A stretch of DNA of 64,000 bases from NCBI GenBank assembly GCA_963701175.1, contig OY969573.1, positions 385,232-449,231 on the forward strand, in the 5' to 3' direction. The stretch is from an uncultured Solirubrobacteraceae bacterium (GTDB lineage: Bacteria; Actinomycetota; Thermoleophilia; Solirubrobacterales; Solirubrobacteraceae). The translations under genes and the position numbers were made by a program. The notes under the pieces were generated by a model that saw only the letters and a list, made by a program, of their open reading frames with translations, made no database searches and was not told where the DNA came from. Position 1 is the first letter of the stretch. Every line of letters begins with the position of its first letter. Below are positions 30,636-39,458 of the stretch, piece by piece.

Positions 30636-31101
30636 ATGCGCAACCACACCACCCACACCCGCGACGCCGCCCTGCGCAGACTCAGCCACATCAACCGCTG
30701 GCTGGTCGCGGGCAGCGTCGTGCTCACCGGGGTGCTGGCCGACGTGGCCGCCAGCGCCTTCCCCGGCAAGAACCAAGGCGAGCTCCTCGAGCTCGGGCAC
30801 GAAGCGCAGCTCGGGCCACACCAGCGCCAGCAAAAGCAGCCTCTCCAAACCCAAGCAGTCGCCGCAATCCAGCACCAGCTCCAGCGGCGCATCCGGCTCC
30901 GACACCACGGAAGCAAACAGCTCCTCGAGCGGCGAATCGTCGGGTGGCAGCACCTCGGGCAGCGGCTCCTCCGGCAGCGAATCCGCTTCGAGCGAGTCCT
31001 CCGAATCCTCCGGCTCCTCCGGGTCGAGCTCCGAATCGTCCTCGAGCTCCGGCGGCTCCTCCGAAGAATCGTCCGGGGCTGTCACATCGGGGGGGTCCTA
31101 G
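30636..31101 (+). CDS. membrane-anchored Ser-rich protein ending VTSGGS, split by a +1 frameshift near 30771
   Basis: TM helix to AFPGK (30636-30770); the +1 frame then reads TKASSSSSG...SGAS...SGAVTSGGS* with TAG at 31099-31101. Confidence 0.7.
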
Positions 31102-31109
31102 AGGTGCTG

Positions 31110-32075
31110 GTGACGGACGCATCGACCTCCAGGCGAGCACCGGTGGGTGCCAGCTGGCGGGCCCTCGGCACGACCATCGCGCTGCGCGTGGGCGAGCCGG
31201 GCGCGCTGGAGCGGGCTGAGTCTGCGGTCCGCCGCGAGCTCGACGCGATCGACCGCACCTGCAGCCGCTTCCGCGAGGACTCGGAGCTGACAGCCCTCAA
31301 CGGCCGCGCCGGTGCCACGACACGCGTCAGCCCGCTGCTGCGGGAGGCGCTCGACGTGGCGCTGAGAGCGGCGGCCCTCACCGACGGCGACGTCGACCCC
31401 ACGATCGGCCGGGCCCTGGAGCTGGCCGGCTACGACCGTGACTTCGAGCTGCTCGACCGCGACGCGGCCGGCGAGCCTCACGCCGCGCCTGGGCAGCGCA
31501 TCCCGCGGGTGCGGGTGCGATCGCTGCCCGGCTGGCGGGCCGTGAGGCTCGTCGTCCAGACCGGGAGCGTGCGCCTCCCCTCCGGCGTCAGCATCGATCT
31601 CGGAGCCAGCGCCAAAGCGTGGGCCGCCGACCGCGCCGCCGCCGCGGCCGCCAGGGAGTGCGAGTGCGGGGTGCTCGTCGGGGTCGGCGGGGACATCGCC
31701 GCCCACGGTCATGCTCCGGCGGGCGGATGGCAGGTGTTCGTCACCGATGACCACCGTGACGGCCTCTCCGCCCCGGGTCAGATGGTCACGATCCGCTCCG
31801 GCGGGCTGGCGACGTCCAGTACGGCCGTCCGGCGCTGGAACCGGGGAGGTCGCGCGATGCACCACATCATCGATCCCTCCAGCGGCGAGCCCGTGCGGGG
31901 AACCTGGCGCACCGTCAGCGTCGCCGCCGGCTGCTGCGCGGACGCCAACACCGCCGCCACCGCCGCAATCGTGCGGGCGGCGGAGGCGGTGCCATGGCTG
32001 ACGCGGCTCGGCCTCCCCTCCCGCCTGGTGGGCTGGGACGGCTCGGTCACGAAGGTCGCGGGGTGGCCGCTGTGA
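31110..32075 (+). CDS. apbE: FAD:protein FMN transferase (ApbE)
   Basis: ALGT, CSRFREDSEL, IDLGASAK, GGDIA, LATSS, HHIIDP, ANTAATA; RBS GAGG before GTG 31110. Confidence 0.92.
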   Translation: MTDASTSRRAPVGASWRALGTTIALRVGEPGALERAESAVRRELDAIDRTCSRFREDSELTALNGRAGATTRVSPLLREALDVALRAAALTDGDVDPTIGRALELAGYDRDFELLDRDAAGEPHAAPGQRIPRVRVRSLPGWRAVRLVVQTGSVRLPSGVSIDLGASAKAWAADRAAAAAARECECGVLVGVGGDIAAHGHAPAGGWQVFVTDDHRDGLSAPGQMVTIRSGGLATSSTAVRRWNRGGRAMHHIIDPSSGEPVRGTWRTVSVAAGCCADANTAATAAIVRAAEAVPWLTRLGLPSRLVGWDGSVTKVAGWPL

Positions 32076-32794
32076 GCAGCCTGCTCGCAACCGCCGGGCC
32101 CTCGGTGCTGTGGTACCTGACCCGCGCGACCGGCGCCGTCGCGCTGTTGTTGCTGACCGGGTCGCTGGTGCTGGGCGTGGCCGACGTGCGCCGCCTTAGC
32201 ACGGCCGGCTGGCCGCGCTTCATGGTCGACTCTCTGCACCGGACCGTGTCGCTGCTGGCGCTCGTGTTCCTGCTCGTGCACATCCTCACCTCGGTGCTCG
32301 ACAGCTACGCCTCGATCTCGCTCGTCAACGCGGTGGTCCCCTTCACCGGCTCCTACCGGCCGCTGTGGCTGGGGCTGGGCGCGGTCGCGTTCGACCTGAT
32401 GCTCGCCGTTGTGATCACGAGCCTGCTGAAGGGGCGCATCGGCTACCGCGCCTGGCGTGCGGTCCACTGGCTCGCGTACGCGAGCTGGCCGCTGGCGCTG
32501 GTCCACGGACTCGGCACCGGCAGCGACGTCAAAAGCAGCTGGCTGCTGGTGCTCAGCGTGGTGTGCTCGCTGGCCGTCCTGGCGGCCGTGGTCAGCCGCG
32601 TGTTGAGCGGATGGCCGGCCGGCACCCCCGGGCGACGGGTGGCGCTCGGCGCCACCGCGGCCTTTGCGATCTTCGTGCTCGCCTGGCTGCCGATTGGCCC
32701 CCTCGGCTCGGAATGGGCCCGCCGCTCCGGCACTCCCAGCCCGCTGCTGGGCCACGGCAGCAGTACCGACAGCTCGAGCGCAAGCACCAGATGA
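32072..32794 (+). CDS. ferric reductase-like (MsrQ-like) transmembrane heme protein
   Basis: WYLTRATG; His residues in LHR, VHI, VHW, VHG; GTGA overlap with apbE. Confidence 0.88.
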   Translation: MSSLLATAGPSVLWYLTRATGAVALLLLTGSLVLGVADVRRLSTAGWPRFMVDSLHRTVSLLALVFLLVHILTSVLDSYASISLVNAVVPFTGSYRPLWLGLGAVAFDLMLAVVITSLLKGRIGYRAWRAVHWLAYASWPLALVHGLGTGSDVKSSWLLVLSVVCSLAVLAAVVSRVLSGWPAGTPGRRVALGATAAFAIFVLAWLPIGPLGSEWARRSGTPSPLLGHGSSTDSSSASTR

Positions 32795-34152
32795 GCGCTT
32801 CCCCCTCCACCGCCGAGCTGCAGGCGCCCGCACCGGCCGGTCCGCCCGCGGCGCTGCCGCGGCTGCTGGCGGGCATCCACGACGAGCGCCCGTTGACGCT
32901 CGCCGAGCACCTCGCCCTACACGGGGAGCTCCCGCCCGCGGGCGGCGGAGGCCGCTCGCGCTCGCGCGCCAGGGCCCGGGAGCTGCTCGAGGAGGTCGAG
33001 ACCTCGGGCCTGCGCGGCTGTGGCGGAGGTGGCTTCCCCACCGCCACCAAGCTGCGTGCGGTCGCGGGCGCGCACGGGCGCGCCGTGGTCGTGGTCAACG
33101 CGGTCGAGGCCGAGCCACCGAGCCTCAAGGACCGCACGCTGCTGCGGCTCGCCCCCCACCTCGTGCTCGACGGCGCCATCGTGGCGGCCGAAGCGCTGCG
33201 CGCCGACGAGGTGATCGTGGCGATCGGCGAGCACGCCGGCGCGTCGGCCGCGGCGGCATACGCCGCGATCGAGGAACGTGGCGCCGACGGCCGGGACAGC
33301 CGCGTCGCCCTCACGCTCGCCAGTGTCGGCGGCGGCTATGTGTCGGGGCAGGAGTCGGCCCTGATCAGCGGTCTGGAAGGGCGCGAGGCGCTGCCCACGT
33401 TCACGCCCCCCCTCCCGTTCGAGCGCGGCCTGCGCAAGCGGCCCACGCTCGTCAACAACGCCGAGACGCTCGCCCACGTGGCGCTGATCGCGCGCCACGG
33501 GGCGCGCTGGTTCAGGAGCGTCGGCACCGAGGCCCACCCCGGGTCTGCGCTCGTGACGCTCGCCGGGCCCGTCGCCTACCCCGGCGTGTACGAGATCGAG
33601 GCCGGCGCCTCCTTGTCATCGCTGATCGACGCCGCCGGCGGCACCACCGGGGGCGTGCGCGGGGTCCTCACCGGCGGCTACGCCGGCGCGTGGGCGCCGG
33701 CCGCGGCGATCGGCGAGCTGGTGCTCTCGCGCGACGCACTCGCCGCTGCCGGGGGCAGCTTCGGCGCCGGCATCGTCCTGCTCCTATCGGCCGAGACCTG
33801 CCCCGTGGCCGAGACCGTACGGCTGGCGAGGTGGCTCGCCCAGCAGAGCGCCCGTCAGTGCGGCCCCTGCCTCCACGGGCTGTCGGCGATCGCCGAAGCG
33901 GTTGCGTCCCTCGCCGCCGGCGACCCCCAGCACTCCTCCGAGCGGCGCTTGCGGACGCTGTACGCGCTGACCTCCGGACGCGGTGCCTGTGCGCACCCCG
34001 ACGGGGCCGTGCGCGTGATCGCAAGCTCCTTGCGCGCGTTCGCCGTCGAGTTCGAGGATCACCGCCGGTCCGGTCCGTGCGAGCGCTGCCGCGACGCGAG
34101 CGAGCTGCCGCTGCCCCACCGCGGCGCGCGGCCGGGGACGGGTCGGCCGTGA
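32791..34152 (+). CDS. NuoF-like FMN/Fe-S NADH oxidoreductase subunit
   Basis: LRGCGGGGFP, VNAVEAEP, YVSGQESAL, NNAETL, CGPC..G...GACAHPDG. Confidence 0.88.
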   Translation: MSASPSTAELQAPAPAGPPAALPRLLAGIHDERPLTLAEHLALHGELPPAGGGGRSRSRARARELLEEVETSGLRGCGGGGFPTATKLRAVAGAHGRAVVVVNAVEAEPPSLKDRTLLRLAPHLVLDGAIVAAEALRADEVIVAIGEHAGASAAAAYAAIEERGADGRDSRVALTLASVGGGYVSGQESALISGLEGREALPTFTPPLPFERGLRKRPTLVNNAETLAHVALIARHGARWFRSVGTEAHPGSALVTLAGPVAYPGVYEIEAGASLSSLIDAAGGTTGGVRGVLTGGYAGAWAPAAAIGELVLSRDALAAAGGSFGAGIVLLLSAETCPVAETVRLARWLAQQSARQCGPCLHGLSAIAEAVASLAAGDPQHSSERRLRTLYALTSGRGACAHPDGAVRVIASSLRAFAVEFEDHRRSGPCERCRDASELPLPHRGARPGTGRP

Positions 34153-34367
34153 GCCGGCACGTCCGCGTCAACCCGATCGCCTGTGAGGCCCACGGGATCT
34201 GCGCCGAGCTGTTGCCGGAGCGGATCACGCTCGACGAGTGGGGCTATCCGATCGTCGACGAAACCCCGCTCGACCGCGACGAGGTCGACCACGCCCGACG
34301 GGCCGCCCGCGCGTGTCCCACGCTCGCGTTGCTGGTGCAGCGTGGGCGCAGCAGGAGCCGCGCCTAG
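34149..34367 (+). CDS. ferredoxin
   Basis: CEAHGIC...CPTLAL; GTGA overlap with upstream stop. Confidence 0.88.
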   Translation: MSRHVRVNPIACEAHGICAELLPERITLDEWGYPIVDETPLDRDEVDHARRAARACPTLALLVQRGRSRSRA

Positions 34368-34394
34368 CTGAGGGCACGCGCGCCGCCGAGCGAC

Positions 34395-35264
34395 TCACAT
34401 CACGTGGGCCACCGCCAGGCCGGCCCAGGGGCCGTAGGGGGCGAACAGCTCGCGCACCTGCTGTTCCCCGGCCACGGCTCGAGGGTCGCCGCCGCTCACC
34501 AGGCGACCGGCCAGCTTGCGCAGGCCGAGGTCACCGGCGGGGACCTGGTCGTGGCGGCCCTGGCCGGTGAGGGCCAGCATCTCGACCGTCCAGGGGCCGA
34601 TGCCCGGGATCGCCTGCAGCCGCCGCCAGCTGCGTTCGTGGTCGCCCTCGCCGGTCCCCCCGAGCTCGATCCGACCCGCCGCGACCTCGCCGGCCGCTCG
34701 CACGAGCGCCCGCGCCCGCGAGCCACCGAGGTCCAACGACTGCAGCAGCGCAGGTGAGGTGCGGGCGAGCACCCGCGGCTCCGGCAGGTCCCGCAGGGCG
34801 CCGTCGCCGCCGTGGGGCCAGCGGCGGCCGAGTCGGGCCAGCAGGCGCCGCTGGATCGCGGCGGCGCGCTCGTACTCGATCAGCTGCTCGCAGATCGCCC
34901 ACGCCAGCGCCTCGAAGGGCTCCGGACGCCTCGGCACCCGCAGCCAGGGACGTCGCCGCAGCGACGGCCCGATCAGCCGGTCGCGGGCGAACGCCCGTAG
35001 GAAAGGACGCACGTCCTCGTCCACGCCCAGCGCGAAGCGCATACGGGCGATCCCGTGCTCGGCCGCCTCGCGGCTCTCGGCGCACGCCGCCAGGCGCACC
35101 GAGCTCGACGAGGTCTGCCACACCCGCACCCGCACCGGCGTGGCGTCGTCGTGGAGCAATCGCTCCAGCGCGCCGCCGCGCCGGCGCAACATCCCGTCCA
35201 TGCCGGTCCGCCGCGGCAGTCGGAAGGGGCACGGCGGAGCCACCTCCGCCGACAGCTCGACCAG
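34395..35264 (-). CDS. AlkA-family DNA-3-methyladenine glycosylase
   Basis: EALAWAICEQ, HhH IPGIGPW, GDLGLR, PWAGLA; start approximate (ORF-track start 35540 runs into the next gene). Confidence 0.82.
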   Translation of the reverse strand: MVELSAEVAPPCPFRLPRRTGMDGMLRRRGGALERLLHDDATPVRVRVWQTSSSSVRLAACAESREAAEHGIARMRFALGVDEDVRPFLRAFARDRLIGPSLRRRPWLRVPRRPEPFEALAWAICEQLIEYERAAAIQRRLLARLGRRWPHGGDGALRDLPEPRVLARTSPALLQSLDLGGSRARALVRAAGEVAAGRIELGGTGEGDHERSWRRLQAIPGIGPWTVEMLALTGQGRHDQVPAGDLGLRKLAGRLVSGGDPRAVAGEQQVRELFAPYGPWAGLAVAHVM

Positions 35265-35292
35265 CCCGCGGGACGAGCCGGGGTGCCGTTCG

Positions 35293-35673
35293 CTAGCGCG
35301 CGCCGCCCGGCCCGCCGAGCAGGTGGACGTCGACCAGCAGCGAGCGGCTGCCCACGATCTGCACGAGCTCTCCGACGCCGCCCGAGTCTCCCCGCCGGCC
35401 CACGCGCCGGCGGCGTTGGCTCCGGGAGACGGCGGCGGCCCGCCGGTGGCGCCGTTGGACGAGGCCGATGACGGCCGCCCCCGCCACGAAGCCGCCGGCG
35501 GCAGCGGCAGCGGCCTGGACCGCGGGTGCGACCGCTCCACGTCGCAACAGGGCCGTGGAGCCGTCCGGCCCGGGCGGCTGCAGCCGGTCGTCCCACACGG
35601 GGACCGCGTCGACCACCTCGCCGTCGCCCCCCGGACCGTGGCCTTCGCTGGCTGGAATGCGCTCGGAGCTCAC
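35293..35673 (-). CDS. small hypothetical membrane protein
   Basis: one TM stretch AAAAAAGGFVAGAAVIGLV; C-terminal SRSLLVDVHLL. Confidence 0.6.
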   Translation of the reverse strand: MSSERIPASEGHGPGGDGEVVDAVPVWDDRLQPPGPDGSTALLRRGAVAPAVQAAAAAAGGFVAGAAVIGLVQRRHRRAAAVSRSQRRRRVGRRGDSGGVGELVQIVGSRSLLVDVHLLGGPGGAR

Positions 35674-35705
35674 TCCCGGCCAAGTCTAGACTTCGAGCCG
35701 GGGCC

Positions 35706-36836
35706 CTACTGCAGCAGCAGCGGTCGCTCGTATACGCGGTAGCGCTTGACCACGCGCCCGCCCATGCCTTCCATGCCGCGGTTCATGGCGGTGTTGGTCT
35801 CCAGGATCCAGCCCATCTCGCCGCCGTCCTGAGGGGTTCGTTCGGCAGCGTCGAAGTGCGCCTCGTAGAGCGCGGCGGCGACGCCCGTGTGCTGGTGCTC
35901 CGGTTTGACGCCGAGGAAGCCGACGCGGACGCGGTCCATGCGCCTCGACTTGGTCAGGAACTTCCACCAGCCGAGCGGCAGCAGGCGCCCGCCCATCTGC
36001 TCGAGCACCTGGTTGAGGTCGGGGACCGTGATCGCCATGCCGACGACCTCGCCCGTGTCCTCTTTCTCGGCGACCATGAACCAGTTCTTGTCGAAGGCCA
36101 GTTGAAGGTCCAGGTGGTAGGCGTCGAGGTCGGCCTTCGAGTAGGGCACGAAGTCCCAGTTCTCCGCCCAAGCGGTGTTGTAGACCGAGGCGAAGAAGTC
36201 GAGGTCCTTTCGCAGCTGGCGGCGGCGCATCGGCCGGATGCGGATGTGGTGCTCGCTGCGCGACTTCTCCGCGAGCTCCCAGATCACGGGCAGCACCTTC
36301 TCGCGTCCGGTCACCTCGAGGTTCCACATCAGCAGGTCCATCGCCTTGGTCATCCCGGCCTGCTCCATCATCTGCGGGTACCAGGGTGGGTTCCACGTCT
36401 GCAGGATCATCGGGCGCAGATCGAAGCCCTCGATGAGCATGCCACCGTCGTCGTTGAGCGCAAAGCTCGCCGGCCCGAGCATGCGCTCGCAGCCGTGTTC
36501 GCCCAGCCACGTCTCGGCGGCGCCGAGCAGCGCCTGCAGGACCGCGGCGTCCTGCTCGAACTCGATGAAGCCGAACCAGCCCCAGCGCGTGTTGTGGTGG
36601 TCGTTGAAGGCGTGGTTGATGTGGGCGGTGATACGGCCCACCACGCGCCCGTCGCGGCGGGCGAGGAAGTACTCGCCTTCGCCGTGCGTGAAAAAGGCGT
36701 TGAGGCGCCTGCTGAGGAACAGCCGCCGCTCCAGCTTCAGGGGAGGCACCCACAAGGGGTGGTTAGCATGGAGCCGGTAAGGCAGGTCGATGAAGGCCTT
36801 GAGGTCGCGCCCGCCCGAGACCGCCCTTACGTCCAC
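35706..36836 (-). CDS. double-GNAT acyltransferase, bacterial ceramide synthase (bCerS)-like
   Basis: FIDLPYRL...WVPPL, GRITAH.N, GWFGF.E, GP..F..ND..G.LIEGF, WNPPWYP, WILETN..M; divergent from an SPT-like gene; GTG start 36836. Confidence 0.75.
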   Translation of the reverse strand: MDVRAVSGGRDLKAFIDLPYRLHANHPLWVPPLKLERRLFLSRRLNAFFTHGEGEYFLARRDGRVVGRITAHINHAFNDHHNTRWGWFGFIEFEQDAAVLQALLGAAETWLGEHGCERMLGPASFALNDDGGMLIEGFDLRPMILQTWNPPWYPQMMEQAGMTKAMDLLMWNLEVTGREKVLPVIWELAEKSRSEHHIRIRPMRRRQLRKDLDFFASVYNTAWAENWDFVPYSKADLDAYHLDLQLAFDKNWFMVAEKEDTGEVVGMAITVPDLNQVLEQMGGRLLPLGWWKFLTKSRRMDRVRVGFLGVKPEHQHTGVAAALYEAHFDAAERTPQDGGEMGWILETNTAMNRGMEGMGGRVVKRYRVYERPLLLQ

Positions 36837-36858
36837 AGCCACAAGGCAGGCAGCGTAC

Positions 36859-38178
36859 ATGCGCACCCACATCGACGTATTCGCCAAGGCCCGCGACCAC
36901 GAGCGCAGCGAGGTGCTCGCGGCGGCCCGTGAGATCGACGTGCTGCCCTACTTCCGCCTGCTCGACTCACCGGCGATGCCGGTGGTGGAGATGGAGGGAG
37001 CCCCGCGGATCATGCTCGGCTCCAACAACTACCTCGGCCTGACCGCCGACGAGCGGGTGCTGAAGGGGGCCGAGGACGCCCTCCACCGCTACGGCACCGG
37101 CCTGACCGGCTCGCGCCTGCTGAACGGGACGATCCCGCTGCACCTCGAGCTCGAGCGCGAGATCGCCGACTGGATGGAGACCGAGGAGGCGCTGGTGTTC
37201 AGCACCGGCCACCAGGCCAACGTGGGCACGCTCGGCACCCTGCTGGGACCGGGCGACACGGTCGTGGTGGACTCCGGCGACCACGCCTCGATCCTCGACG
37301 GCTGCCTGCTCTCGCGGGCCAAGCTGCGGCCCTTCCGCCACAACCGGCTGGACAAGCTCGAGAAGATGCTCGACCGTGCCGCCGACGACGGCGGCGGGGT
37401 GCTGGTGGTCGTCGACGGGGTCTTCTCGATGGAGGGGGACCTGGCCCCACTGGCCGAGATCACCGAGCTGTGCCGGGCCTACGGGGCCCGTCTGATGGTG
37501 GACGAGGCCCACGGCGCCGGCGTGCTCGGCGCCCGCGGGGCCGGCGCCTCGGAACTGCTGGGCGTGGCCGATCGGGTGGACCTGAGGATGGGCACGTTCT
37601 CGAAGTCGCTGGCCTCCTGCGGTGGCTTCGTCGCGGGCACCCACGAGGTGATCGACTACCTGCGTTTCTCCTCCCGCGCCTTCCTGTTCACCGCCTCGGC
37701 CGTGCCGGCCGCGGTGGGGGCGGCGCTGGCGGCCCTGCGGGTGCTGCGCGGCGAGGACGGCCCGAGGCTGCTCGAGCGGGTGCTCGACAACGCCTGGAGG
37801 CTGCACGACGGGCTCGCCGAGCTGGGCTTTGCGGTGTCGGCCGAGCAGTGGCTGCCGGCCGGCGGAGGGGCCCAGGATCACGCCCCGGGGGTCCGCTCCG
37901 ACGGCGCCGGGCGGCCCAGGATCGTGACGCCGATCATCTCGGTGCTGGTGGGCGACGACTGGCAGGCCGCCCTGCTGTGGCGGGCCCTCTACGACGAGGG
38001 CGTGTTCGTCAACACGGCCCTGCATCCGGCCGTCCCCCCGGGCGGCGCGCTGCTGCGCACGAGCGTGATGGCGACCCACGACGAGGCGACCCTGGACCGA
38101 GCGCTGGACGCCTTCGAGCGGGTCAAGCGGGACTTCGAGGCCGAGCACGGCCCCCTGCCCTCGGCCCGTCCGGAGTGA
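36859..38178 (+). CDS. spt: alpha-oxoamine synthase, serine palmitoyltransferase-like
   Basis: PYFR, MLGSNNYLGL, GSRLLNGT, DGVFSMEGD, DEAHG, PLP lysine in GTFSKSLAS; no neighbouring bio genes. Confidence 0.72.
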   Translation: MRTHIDVFAKARDHERSEVLAAAREIDVLPYFRLLDSPAMPVVEMEGAPRIMLGSNNYLGLTADERVLKGAEDALHRYGTGLTGSRLLNGTIPLHLELEREIADWMETEEALVFSTGHQANVGTLGTLLGPGDTVVVDSGDHASILDGCLLSRAKLRPFRHNRLDKLEKMLDRAADDGGGVLVVVDGVFSMEGDLAPLAEITELCRAYGARLMVDEAHGAGVLGARGAGASELLGVADRVDLRMGTFSKSLASCGGFVAGTHEVIDYLRFSSRAFLFTASAVPAAVGAALAALRVLRGEDGPRLLERVLDNAWRLHDGLAELGFAVSAEQWLPAGGGAQDHAPGVRSDGAGRPRIVTPIISVLVGDDWQAALLWRALYDEGVFVNTALHPAVPPGGALLRTSVMATHDEATLDRALDAFERVKRDFEAEHGPLPSARPE

Positions 38179-38268
38179 CGCCGGGCCGGCCGGACTTGTC
38201 CATTTCTTCACAAGTCCCCCGGCCTACGAAAAAGGCCGCTTCTAGCGACTGAACGGTCAATCAACTTG

Positions 38269-38297
38269 TTGACCGCTGGGTACGACTGACGTAGCTT
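38269..38297 (+). promoter_or_regulatory. sigma-A type promoter TTGACC-N17-TAGCTT, overlapped by inverted repeat CGGTCAA-N8-TTGACCG (38254-38275)
   Basis: read directly; lies about 180 bp upstream of mihF. Confidence 0.6.
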
Positions 38298-38476
38298 GCC
38301 GATGCGCTCTGCACGGCCGTTGAGTCTCTGCCAAGGTCCAAGGAGGCGGAGGAGACGCGAAGGTGGTACCGCGCCCCAAAGCGGACCCACCCGCATGCCG
38401 TTACGGGCGCGACCGTCCAGAAAAACCGCTAGAAGGTCGCCCCGCAGGAAGCGCGGAGGCGACGGGGAGTTTGCCC

Positions 38477-38854
38477 ATGAACGCGACAGCTACGGTTCCC
38501 CCTGCCGGCCCACAGCACATGCGCGCACTCGAACGCGCCAACCAGGTCCGCCTCGCCCGTGCCGAGCTGAAGAGGCGCATCGCCGACGGCGAGGTCGACG
38601 TTGCGGGAGTGATCCTCGACTGCCCGTGGGAGGCCAACAGCATGGCGATCTCCGACCTGCTGATGAGCCAGCGCCGATGGGGTCAGACTCGCTGCCGCAA
38701 ATTCCTGGCCCAGATCCCGCTGTCCGAGAACAAAACGGTCGGCTCCCTCACCGAGCGTCAGAGCCGACGTCTGGCGGAGCTACTCGAGTCGGGTGAGCGG
38801 GGCCGCGCCTGGAGCGCGACCCCCTGGCTAATGGACAGCCCGACGAGAGCTTGA
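38477..38854 (+). CDS. mihF: actinobacterial integration host factor (mIHF/sIHF-like, H2TH)
   Basis: ALERANQVRLARAELKRRI...ISDLL...WGQTRCRKFL..I.LSE.K.VGSLTERQ; SD GGGGAG before ATG 38477. Confidence 0.78.
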   Translation: MNATATVPPAGPQHMRALERANQVRLARAELKRRIADGEVDVAGVILDCPWEANSMAISDLLMSQRRWGQTRCRKFLAQIPLSENKTVGSLTERQSRRLAELLESGERGRAWSATPWLMDSPTRA

Positions 38855-39302
38855 GCTGCCACCAGCCGGCGAGCATCCCGATCAGCCCGAGGCGGGGTCT
38901 GACCTGCCAGACCCCGCACCCGCCCTGTCCGAGGTCGCGGACCGGTAGCCGGGCGAACTTGTAGCGGCCGGGTTCCAGGCGCATCCGTTCCAGCTGCTCG
39001 CGCGCGAGCCGCTCGTGCTCGGTGCGGGCGGCGGCGACGCGGCGCAGCTCCTGCACCCGCCCGGCGAGGTGGTCCCGTTCGCGCTCGAGCTCGCCGAGGT
39101 CCGGCAGGCGGGGCGCCCGCGGAGGGGCCGCCGAGCGGGCCCCGCGTGGCGCCGGTATGAAGGGGAAGCGTCCGGCGACGATTCCGGAGAGCTCACGCTC
39201 GAGCCTCGAGATCTGTCCCTTCAACGCGGCCCGGGCGGCCCGCTCGGAGGAAGCCTCGAAAGGCCCCTCGAGCACCGCCTGCTGCTGCACGAGCTGCGCC
39301 AC
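38748..39302 (-). CDS. hypothetical protein
   Basis: coiled-coil ORF ending WWQLKLSSGCPLA; 3' end overlaps mihF. Confidence 0.65.
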   Translation of the reverse strand: MAQLVQQQAVLEGPFEASSERAARAALKGQISRLERELSGIVAGRFPFIPAPRGARSAAPPRAPRLPDLGELERERDHLAGRVQELRRVAAARTEHERLAREQLERMRLEPGRYKFARLPVRDLGQGGCGVWQVRPRLGLIGMLAGWWQLKLSSGCPLARGSRSRRGPAHPTRVAPPDVGSDAR

Positions 39303-39394
39303 TTCGCTCTCCTCCTCGAAAGGTCCAAGCCCCGAGAGGGGCGAATTCTACCAGCGCTTGCGGCCGCCGATTGCGTTCCGGCGCACGCTCCGGA

Positions 39395-39458
39395 CACTTC
39401 CCCGACCGGCGCTCCCGGCACTTCCCCGACCGGCGCTCAGGGCACTTCCAGGGCGCTC
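39395..39458. repeat. 24-bp tandem repeat (about 2.7 copies) CACTTCCCCGACCGGCGCTC
   Basis: copies begin at 39395, 39419, 39443; spans the stop codon of the B3/4 gene. Confidence 0.85.

Noticed and set aside
30636-32075. 479-aa ORF as a single natural ApbE fusion
   Set aside because: The middle third has atypical codons, the +1 frame carries a coherent Ser-rich protein, and apbE has its own SD and GTG at 31110.
36859-38178. Calling the PLP enzyme bioF or kbl
   Set aside because: No bio or tdh neighbours, and the motifs plus the adjacent bCerS-like gene favour SPT; phylogeny is still required.
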